Below are positions 8,524 to 15,493 of a DNA stretch of 15,493 bases, one piece after another. Position numbers and translations under genes: made by a program. How positions within the stretch are numbered: position 1 is the stretch's first letter; each line of letters opens with the position of its first letter. Source of the DNA: Cyanobacteriota bacterium. Its GTDB lineage: Bacteria; Cyanobacteriota; Cyanobacteriia; Cyanobacteriales; Nostocaceae. The notes under the pieces were generated by a model that did no database searches, had not been told where the DNA came from, and worked only from the letters and a program-made list of their open reading frames with translations. The stretch spans positions 1 to 15,493 of the forward strand of contig JBJOKS010000054.1 in the NCBI GenBank assembly GCA_046045965.1, in the 5' to 3' direction.

Positions 8524-9000
8524 TCAGGCGATATCTGGAGGAACTTGCTTACTGGGTATGTGTTGTTGCAACTTCTGTTCAATCATCTTTTGCAAGTCAG
8601 TGCGTTCCACTTCAATAGCGTTGCTGGTTGTTCCAGGAGTCTCAAAAAAAACTATACTATCTACTGGTTCTAATGCCACCAGTTGAAACAAAATATGAAT
8701 TACAGGCATGGGTTGAGCTACTGCTTGAGGGTCAAGCCCAACAGATGAGGACAGGGAAACATCCTGTAATCTAGGAAAAGCATAAACTACCCGCTTTTCT
8801 AATTCTGGATTAGCCCGGTTGCTCAATGTAGTTAAAACCCAGCGTTCCTGCAAATTTTGGAGAATATAATACTGGGGGTGTCGCAACTTTTGGGCGATCG
8901 CTCTCAAAACAGGGGCAATTGTGGCCACAAGTTTTGGTGTCATACCATCCTGAGGTGCATTGTCAATCAACAATTGAATTTGTGCTTCTAAATTTGTCAT
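8524..9000 (-). CDS. Hypothetical protein (158 aa) divergent from hetZ
   Basis: MTNLEAQIQLLIDNAPQDG...QVPPDIA. ATG at 9000 is preferred over the ORF-track start at 9081 because AGGAG lies upstream (9014-9018) and the extension runs through heptamer repeats. Confidence 0.8.
   Translation of the reverse strand: MTNLEAQIQLLIDNAPQDGMTPKLVATIAPVLRAIAQKLRHPQYYILQNLQERWVLTTLSNRANPELEKRVVYAFPRLQDVSLSSSVGLDPQAVAQPMPVIHILFQLVALEPVDSIVFFETPGTTSNAIEVERTDLQKMIEQKLQQHIPSKQVPPDIA
8729..8743 (+). promoter_or_regulatory. HetR-binding site for the hetZ promoter
   Basis: GGGTCAAGCCCAACA fits GGG-N5-CCC and closely resembles the HetR site recalled for Anabaena PCC 7120 hetZ (GGGTCTAGCCCAGCA); 409 nt upstream of the hetZ ATG. 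Confidence 0.75.
8804..8833 (+). promoter_or_regulatory. DIF1-like heterocyst promoter candidate for hetZ
   Basis: TCTGGA (one mismatch to TCCGGA), exactly 18 nt, then GTAGTT; about 65 nt downstream of the HetR box core. Confidence 0.4.
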
Positions 9001-9050
9001 GGCTTGTAAATGGCTCCTGATTAATGTCCAAAATATCAAAGCAGGGAAAA

Positions 9051-9106
9051 GGTAACAGGTAACAGTTAAAGAGAGTAACAACTGATAGCTGATAACTGAT
9101 AACTGA
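9051..9106. repeat. Heptamer repeats (GGTAACA)x2 and (CTGATAA/G)x3.5 between the divergent start codons
   Basis: GGTAACA GGTAACA at 9051-9064; CTGATAG CTGATAA CTGATAA CTGA at 9082-9106. Confidence 0.8.
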
Positions 9107-9137
9107 AATATGTTAGGGTCTTTTTAAAATTCAGACT

Positions 9138-10325
9138 ATGAATTCAGCCGCAACCGCAACTACTCAGGGAGATAAATCTATCGGCGTGGAGGTTATATTT
9201 CAATTTCTATTGCAGGAGCTACAGCAGTCCACCCGTGCAGAAAAAAAATGCCGTGATGTGGCATTGCGAATTGCTGGGGAAGTCCTGCGAATTTGCAATG
9301 AGAGCAAACGCATTCAGGCTTCTGGTGAAATAGAAAGCTCCGCAATGACCCTGGCTCGACATCGACTACAACAATGCCTTCGGTATTATCAGTTGGGGTC
9401 GAATCGTGGCAGGGTGGAACTACACAGTACCTTAAGTGCCATAATTTATCGTTACATCAATCCTCCTCAGAAGCAATTGACCTATCAAGGGCGGCTGACT
9501 ATCATAGAAGATTTCCTCCAGAGTTTTTATTTAGAAGCCTTAAATGCCTTCCGTCGGGAGAATCAACAGTCATCCACCTATCGTCCCCAAACCCTACTAG
9601 AATTAGCTGAATATATGGCATTTACCGAACGCTACGGTAAACGCCGAATTCCTTTACCTGGAAGACAACAACAGTTAATTATCCTCCGAGCGCAAACTTT
9701 CTCACAACAGCAGCCTCCAGAAACGAGTGTAGACATTGAACAAGCATCAGAAGGCAGTAGCGGTGAATTTGACGGCTCTTGGGAAGAACCCGCCATACAA
9801 CAATTGCGTGCCGCTATGGCCATGCAAGCCGAACCAGAACCGGAAGAAGATACTTTGCGCTCCGTGGTGATTACAGAATTGATGAATTATCTCGAACAAC
9901 GACAACAGTCAGACTGTGCTGATTATTTCTCTCTCCGGCTTCAGGATTTATCAGCACAAGAGATTGAGTCAATTTTGGGTTTAACCCCACGTCAACGAGA
10001 TTACTTGCAGCAACGCTTTAAGTATCATTTAATTCGGTTTTCTCTACTGCATCGTTGGGAGTTGGTTCATGAATGGCTGGAAGCGTCTTTACCCACTAAT
10101 TTAGGCTTGACCCCCCACCAATGGCAACTATACACAGCAAAGTTGGACGATAAAGATAGATATTTACTCGAGTTAAAGCAAAAGGGAGAACCTGACGAAA
10201 CAATTGCCAAAACTCTGGAATTGTCAATGGCACAGCTGCAAAAACGGTGGTTTAAGATTTTGGAACAAGCCTGGGAAATTCGTAACTCATTTGTGTCCGG
10301 ATCTAGTGCATCTACCCATGAATAG
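9138..10325 (+). CDS. hetZ: Heterocyst differentiation regulator HetZ
   Basis: Recognisable HetZ-type sequence (YYQLGSNRGRVELHSTLSAIIYRY, ERYGKRRIPLPGRQQQLIILRAQTF, LGLTPRQRDYLQQRFKY) with HTH-like C-terminal segments; followed by patU as in the known cluster. Confidence 0.9.
   Translation: MNSAATATTQGDKSIGVEVIFQFLLQELQQSTRAEKKCRDVALRIAGEVLRICNESKRIQASGEIESSAMTLARHRLQQCLRYYQLGSNRGRVELHSTLSAIIYRYINPPQKQLTYQGRLTIIEDFLQSFYLEALNAFRRENQQSSTYRPQTLLELAEYMAFTERYGKRRIPLPGRQQQLIILRAQTFSQQQPPETSVDIEQASEGSSGEFDGSWEEPAIQQLRAAMAMQAEPEPEEDTLRSVVITELMNYLEQRQQSDCADYFSLRLQDLSAQEIESILGLTPRQRDYLQQRFKYHLIRFSLLHRWELVHEWLEASLPTNLGLTPHQWQLYTAKLDDKDRYLLELKQKGEPDETIAKTLELSMAQLQKRWFKILEQAWEIRNSFVSGSSASTHE
10296..10325 (+). 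promoter_or_regulatory. DIF1 promoter motif in the 3' end of hetZ, oriented toward patU3
   Basis: Perfect TCCGGA at 10296-10301, exactly 18 nt, then GAA at 10320-10322. Confidence 0.6.
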
Positions 10326-10522
10326 TGACTCACAACCCTTACAATACCAGTTACTCGATTGGCTGTGGCAGATAATAATGTCAAACCGGCGAGCATCCCT
10401 GAGTAGAGTGTGAGAAAATTGATGGGGTAGAAGACCCTCTCCTCGAAGCCGCTACATGATCAAGTAGTGAGCCAGATCGGATAGGAAAATCCCAAACCTT
10501 TGAACTAGGAGAAATTCCTACT
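10318..10522 (+). pseudogene. patU5: Degenerate 5' part of patU (patU5 remnant)
   Basis: ATG at 10318 overlaps the hetZ stop and gives only 31 aa (MNSDSQPLQYQLLDWLWQIIMSNRRASLSRV*). In the patU3 frame the upstream reads *VECEKIDGVEDPLLEAAT*SSSEPDRIGKSQTFELGEIPT-VQERFQ, with TGA at 10400 and 10457. Confidence 0.65.
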
Positions 10523-11299
10523 GTGCAAGAACGTTTTCAAGCCGTCCTTAAGCGTCGGCTACAAGTCGAAATCCAAAACCACCCACCTTTATTCCCTTGG
10601 GAAAGTCAATTAGTAGATTATCCAGAATTTGTGGAAGAGCCAGCGATTGCTTTAGTTCCTGCCTGGGGGTGGTTGGCACAGCAATCTCAGCTCAATCTGC
10701 CAGTTCCTTTGCCCGATAAAATTTTTCAGCAATTGATGGACAAGTGTCAATTATTGCTGACTTCTTCCCTACCATTAGGACCGAAACTAGTACAGGCGGT
10801 AGAGAGTTTTTTCCCTGAAGATTACCAGTTAATTAATGATTTAGCTGGCATGGTACTCAGAACCTCTTATCGTTCTGTAGATGCTCTCGAGACAATACCC
10901 AGTATTCAGAAGGATTACTCAGATTTACAACCGCGTCAACAAATGGCGTTGTCGTTAATGGCAGCTAAACAACTGCTAGAGAATCTGACGCTGCCAATTT
11001 CTTTTGCCAATCCGGTAATAGAACAACAATGGCAAACTAATGCTGGTACTCTAATTATCAGAGTCGAATTACAGTCACTGGGTAAGCTAATGAAGTTACG
11101 TGTTCATAGTGAGTTACCCACGACCGGAATTATCAAGCTTGCGGGAAATGCTACTCAAGCAATTGCGTCATCTACTGATGCAAATACAGTCAGTGTAGAA
11201 TTAGACTGTCAACCTACCAACCAGACTTATACTCTGGAAGTTGAATGTCCAGGACTAGAACAACAGCCATTGTTGTTGGCAATTAATCTCACAATGTAG
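10523..11299 (+). CDS. patU3: Heterocyst pattern protein PatU3
   Basis: GTG start 10 nt after AGGAGA (10507-10512); MQERFQAVLKRRLQ..PPLFPWE motif typical of PatU; 258 aa; directly downstream of hetZ. Confidence 0.85.
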   Translation: MQERFQAVLKRRLQVEIQNHPPLFPWESQLVDYPEFVEEPAIALVPAWGWLAQQSQLNLPVPLPDKIFQQLMDKCQLLLTSSLPLGPKLVQAVESFFPEDYQLINDLAGMVLRTSYRSVDALETIPSIQKDYSDLQPRQQMALSLMAAKQLLENLTLPISFANPVIEQQWQTNAGTLIIRVELQSLGKLMKLRVHSELPTTGIIKLAGNATQAIASSTDANTVSVELDCQPTNQTYTLEVECPGLEQQPLLLAINLTM

Positions 11300-11582
11300 T
11301 TCTCATGAACATTGCTGGTACTCTCATTTGATAAATGCCGATAAAAAAATGATGATCCTGGTTTTCAAACTTACTCCTCTTGGCAAAAAACACTGATTAG
11401 GGCGTTTATAGTCAGTAACTATGAGCAGGACACTTGAAAAAATACGTAGATTCCCTTAGATGTCCATAGGGCTTCTAAAGCTACGATATGGTGAGGCTGG
11501 GATTGAAGACAAAGTAGTCAGTTTTTGCCTTTAACATTCATTGTGTCCGTAGCGTCTACATCATAGTTCTACTTACTTCAAA

Positions 11583-13901
11583 ATGTTAAATTTATCCAGG
11601 ATGAATCGGTTTCTACGCTTACCCGTAGGTGATTATAGACAACAAAATAGACAGAGGTCTTCTTCAGCAGAAGTGGAAGATTCAATTTCTTTACGGGTAT
11701 TGGTGCTAGGACTGGTAATTTTAGGAACTGTGGCGACGGATATTGCATCGGAGACTACCTTTAGTCTTTGGGCAGTACCTCTGAGTACAGTGGGTACAAT
11801 TTGGAGTTATTACCGTCGCCGCAATGCTAATATTCCAGTCAAGTTTTGCATTGCTATAGGAATGTTAATCGCCCTGGGTGCTTTTTTTGGGCGGTTTGTA
11901 GGGCAGTTAAATGATACACGATTGAATTTAGCTCAATTGTTAATTGAGCTTCAGGTGCTGCACAGTTATGATACGCCCCGACGTAAGGATTTAGGCTATT
12001 CGATTGTCATCGGTTTGATACTTTTAGGCGTGGCGGCAACATTAAGTCAAACTATGGCCTTTGCTCCTGTGTTGCTGGTATTTTTGGCTGTGGCACTGCC
12101 AACGTTAGTCCTAGATTATCGCTCACGTTTGGGTCTAAAACCGTTAAAAACAGAAAAATCCACCAAAAAGAATTTTGCTCGTGCTAATTTTAAAGCTTTA
12201 GCTATAAATTTTTTGTTGATTTTAGGACTTGGATTGGGAATTTTTGCTATTCTGCCCCGATTTCCTGGTTATCAATTACGTTCTTTTCCTGTCAGTACGC
12301 CAATTGAGCTACAGGGCGAGTTTACAGGCCGCAGCATTATTAATCCTGGTTATGTCCGCGAAGGTAATGGTGGTGATGGGAATGGTACGGGACAAGGAGG
12401 CAATGGTGAACCAGGAACGGTAGATAGTAATTTCTATTACGGTTTTAATAGCGAGATTAACCAAAACCTGCGAGGGGAAATGAAACCCAAGGTGGTGATG
12501 CGGGTTAGATCCCAAGCTGAAGGTTTTTGGCGAGTTCTGGCTTTTGACAGCTACACCGGTAAAGGATGGAAAATTTCTCGTAATGATGATGTTACTACTT
12601 TAAGGCGTTCCTCCTGGTCTTACAAAATTTCTCTTGATCTGCCCCTCATCAAAAATCCTACAAAAGAAGTTGTACAAACTTATAATGTGGTATCAGATTT
12701 ACCGAATTTGATACCCGCTTTGTCTTATCCCAGGGAAATCTATTTTCCGGGTCCTATGATCGCTGTTGATCAGGAAGGTGGTTTGCGATCGCCTGTACAA
12801 TTATCAGAAGGGATGACTTATACGGTAGTTTCAGAAGTTCCCTACCGCGATCGCACTTTGTTGGGGAAAGCTTCAACTCAATACCCAAAGGAAATTAAAG
12901 ATTATTATCTCCAAATCCCCCCAGAAATCGCTGATAAAGTCCGACAAAAAACTGAGGAAATTCTCGCTGATTATAATCGTCAACGGGTTTCCCGCACTGA
13001 AGATGTAAGAACTCTCAACTCAGCTTACGAAAAAGCTCTTTACCTAGCTCAGTATCTTAAACAAACTTATTCTATTCCTGAAAACCCTTTAGGACTACCT
13101 TTTTTAGATGAAAAAGATGATTTGGTAGAAGCCTTCTTATTTAAACATCAAGGTGGCTATCCAGACCATTTCTCGACTGTATTAACTGTAATGCTGCGTT
13201 CTATAGGTATTCCTGCACGCTTAGTAGCTGGATTTGCTCCAGGAAAGTTTAATCCGTTTACAGGAATGTATATTGTTAGTAACACGGATGCTTACGCAAT
13301 GACAGAGGTTTACTTCCCTAAATATGGCTGGTTTGCCTTTGATCCTATTCCTAATCATCCATTAATTCCACCTTCGATTGAAGAATATCAGACGTTTAGT
13401 GTGTTACGTCAGTTTTGGAATTGGATAGCTGGTTGGTTGCCTTCACCTGTAACTGGTTTGCTAAATGGTATATTTGGCACATTATTTAGGTGGTTTTTTA
13501 GAGCGATCGCTTGGTTTTTCGCTTTATTCTCTCAAGGTTGGTTAGGGATTTTCACTGGTTTAATTGTAGGAACAACTACAGCTTTCTTTGGTTGGTTGGG
13601 TTGGGTACAGTGGAAAAAATGGCTCAACCGTAAGTGGTTGAAGAAATTACCACCAATGGAAAGGCTGTATCAACAAATGTTGCAATGGACAGCAGAAAAG
13701 GGTTTGGGTAAACATCCAGCGCAAACACCTTTGGAATATGCTCAGGTATCATACAACCAACATCCCAGAGAAACGGCTCAAGTAATTGACGAAATTTGTC
13801 AAGCTTATGTGAGTTGGCGTTATGGTGGTAATACTCCTAATTGGCAACAATTACAGCAAAGGTGGAAAGAGTTGCAGAAGATGAAGACTATTAGTAGGTG
13901 A
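11583..13901 (+). CDS. TgpA-like membrane protein (N-terminal multi-TM DUF3488-type region, transglutaminase-like domain, C-terminal DUF4129-type region)
   Basis: Several TM helices; FWRVLAFDSYTGKGW; MLRSIGIPARLVAGFAPG..EVYFPKYGWFAFDP core; C-terminal AQTPLEYA...YVSWRYG. Confidence 0.85.
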   Translation: MLNLSRMNRFLRLPVGDYRQQNRQRSSSAEVEDSISLRVLVLGLVILGTVATDIASETTFSLWAVPLSTVGTIWSYYRRRNANIPVKFCIAIGMLIALGAFFGRFVGQLNDTRLNLAQLLIELQVLHSYDTPRRKDLGYSIVIGLILLGVAATLSQTMAFAPVLLVFLAVALPTLVLDYRSRLGLKPLKTEKSTKKNFARANFKALAINFLLILGLGLGIFAILPRFPGYQLRSFPVSTPIELQGEFTGRSIINPGYVREGNGGDGNGTGQGGNGEPGTVDSNFYYGFNSEINQNLRGEMKPKVVMRVRSQAEGFWRVLAFDSYTGKGWKISRNDDVTTLRRSSWSYKISLDLPLIKNPTKEVVQTYNVVSDLPNLIPALSYPREIYFPGPMIAVDQEGGLRSPVQLSEGMTYTVVSEVPYRDRTLLGKASTQYPKEIKDYYLQIPPEIADKVRQKTEEILADYNRQRVSRTEDVRTLNSAYEKALYLAQYLKQTYSIPENPLGLPFLDEKDDLVEAFLFKHQGGYPDHFSTVLTVMLRSIGIPARLVAGFAPGKFNPFTGMYIVSNTDAYAMTEVYFPKYGWFAFDPIPNHPLIPPSIEEYQTFSVLRQFWNWIAGWLPSPVTGLLNGIFGTLFRWFFRAIAWFFALFSQGWLGIFTGLIVGTTTAFFGWLGWVQWKKWLNRKWLKKLPPMERLYQQMLQWTAEKGLGKHPAQTPLEYAQVSYNQHPRETAQVIDEICQAYVSWRYGGNTPNWQQLQQRWKELQKMKTISR

Positions 13902-13965
13902 CAGGTGACAGGTAACAGAGAGGGAGAAAATTTCTCCTCTAACTCCGTACTCGGTACTCGGTACT
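13896..13965. repeat. Two short heptamer arrays between convergent genes
   Basis: AGGTGAC AGGTGAC AGGTAAC (13896-13916, includes the TGA stop) and ACTCCGT ACTCGGT ACTCGGT (13942-13962). Confidence 0.8.
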
Positions 13966-13994
13966 TTGCTATAACTAAACTTTGCTATAACTAA
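13963..13994. repeat. Perfect 16-bp tandem duplication ACTTTGCTATAACTAA
   Basis: Copies at 13963-13978 and 13979-13994, spanning the stop codon of the ligase-like gene. Confidence 0.9.
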
Positions 13995-15231
13995 GCGCCC
14001 ACCATGCTAAATGGGTAAATTGGGCGCATTCAAACCAAGTGAAAGCAAAAGCAAGATAGGCTATTACCAAGGCTTCCATACCCTGGTATGGTGATTTAAT
14101 TACCTGAAAGAAACACCATCCTAATAGTCCTAAATAGGCAGCTAAACCAAGTAAACCTACAGATAAGGATGTATCTAAAAATAAATTATGTGCTTTTGTT
14201 GTGGGTAGTTGCTTAGTTTGCATCTGCCCTTTTTTGTCTCGATATTCAAAGTTAAAATCACCTAAACGAGTTAACTTACCTGACATCACACTACTATAAA
14301 TATCAGCAAAAGCAACACCGTAACCATCACTTCCCCAGCCAAAAACAGGACGTTGACGAATGCCATAATTTGCTATTTGCCACAAATTAACTCTATCTAA
14401 TGTTATTTGTTGAATAGGTGGTAATTTATTTGTATATCTGGTGTAAGTGGTGATGGTAATTATGAGTAAACATAGTAATGTAATAGGAATTAATAATTTA
14501 TAATATTTACGTCCTAAAAGATAAATAGTTGCTACTAATAAAGCTAAAATACCTGTTCTAGTTTGGGAGAGTATTAACGCTGGAATAATGAGAATACCTG
14601 CAATCATAGCAAATTTTGTCTTTATCCATCGCCATTGCCAACCAACAAATGTAATTACCGCTATTGCTGCAAGAACAAAAGAAGAATGACCACGATGGGA
14701 ATATAAACCTATTGGTTGTTGATTTTGAAAAATTGTACTTTATAAAATGTTGTCCTGAATTAATTTACCTGTTGTAGCTGTGTAGTCAATTTTCCAGTTT
14801 ATCACTTGGGGAAAAATGCTAAGTGCTAGAATTACTCCACCAATTACTAAACCTTGAAGTTGAGAACGGGCAAGTTCTGGATGTTGTTTGATGAGGAGAT
14901 TATTGCTGAGAGAAAAGATAGCGATTAATAACCAGTAAAGTAAGCCATCACCCATTTGTTCTTGTCCTAACAGGGAACGCAAGGGAAAGGGACTTTGAAT
15001 TGTGGAAATGAGGGCAATTCCTAAAAAGATTTGCCACAATAATTTGCTGATTTTCCAGTTATAGGTAATTTTGATATCGTGTCTGGCATCCCAGAGAATT
15101 AATAAATTGAAGATGCAAATTAAAAAAATGACAAATACCTTTGGTTGTGTCCAAATTTCGCCCCGCATTGTTCCCAGTGGGTTGATGATAATAATGCTGA
15201 AGCAATATAGCAGAGTGTAAAGGTAATTCAT
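13975..15231 (-). pseudogene. O-antigen ligase / O-oligosaccharyltransferase (Wzy_C) family membrane protein interrupted by one in-frame TAA
   Basis: The two ORF-track pieces are in the same frame. Read-through gives ...IQDNIL*STIFQNQQPIGLYSHRGHSSFVLAAIAVITFVGWQWRWIKTKFAMIAGILIIPALILSQTRTG..., 418 codons in all, stop at 14740-14742. Family motifs SQTRTG, RVNLW..RPVFGWG and AHNLFLD..GLLG are present. Confidence 0.85.
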
Positions 15232-15236
15232 ATCTG

Positions 15237-15493
15237 CTAGTCTTTAGTAATTGTCAAGGATTTGATAAAGACAAAAGCACTGAGTAATAACAGTCCTAAT
15301 GTTGATGTAGATTCGGGTACAGAGGTGGGTGATTCGGAATTATTACCACCGTAATATTCACTAAAATATCATTGGTGACAAGTTAAGCCTGAAAGTCTTT
15401 TGTCAAGAGGCTTTGAGAGAATTGTTGAAAAAAAACTGGTCAGATCCTCGTTGTAGATCGGGAAAAGGAGCGACAATTAACTTAACATTTGGT
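15237..15493 (-). pseudogene. 3' remnant of a gene with a PEP-CTERM-like sorting signal
   Basis: 15368->15237 translates YFSEYYGGNNSESPTSVPESTSTLGLLLLSAFVFIKSLTITKD* (S/T/P linker, VPES, hydrophobic helix, Lys). In-frame TGA at 15369-15371; all three minus frames upstream contain stops. Confidence 0.6.

Noticed and set aside
8286..8618. ORFs 8286..8582 (-) and 8364..8618 (+) encoding (RRQEAGG)n and (LLPPASC)n
   Set aside because: They are translations of stop-free heptamer arrays and overlap a real gene.
9001..9081. 27-aa N-terminal extension of the 8524 ORF
   Set aside because: Passes through heptamer repeats; a better RBS precedes ATG 9000.
10204..10317. Upstream extension of the patU5 ORF (10204..10413)
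   Set aside because: Out-of-frame overlap with hetZ; the coupled ATG at 10318 is the plausible start.
11041..11324. 12-mer TGCTGGTACTCT present in patU3 (11041) and just downstream (11313)
   Set aside because: A single short match with no associated structure; probably chance.
14740..14742. Programmed stop-codon recoding (Sec/Pyl) in the ligase gene
   Set aside because: The codon is TAA, not TGA or TAG, and no recoding hairpin is evident; a simple nonsense change is more likely.

Overview
Chromosomal window from a heterocyst-forming cyanobacterium (Nostocales-like: 8 HIP1 GCGATCGC octamers, many STRR-type heptamer arrays, hetZ/patU genes). Gene order: 3' end of an NhaS3-type Na+/H+ antiporter, tandem amidases amiC1-amiC2, glutamate racemase murI, an unannotated 55-aa single-TM microprotein (minus strand, behind a long inverted-repeat-rich region), solanesyl diphosphate synthase sds, a hypothetical gene divergent from hetZ, hetZ, a decayed patU 5' segment, intact patU3, and a TgpA-like membrane protein whose transglutaminase catalytic Cys and His are substituted. 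At the right end (minus strand) a decaying two-gene cassette pairs a PEP-CTERM-tailed gene remnant with an O-antigen-ligase/O-OTase-family gene 5 nt downstream that is broken by one in-frame TAA. Regulatory motifs read from the sequence: a HetR box and a DIF1-like promoter inside the divergent gene, a perfect TCCGGA-N18-GAA motif in the last codons of hetZ pointing at patU3, and an HLR1 (RpaB)-like site upstream of sds. All family assignments come from motif recognition, not database searches.
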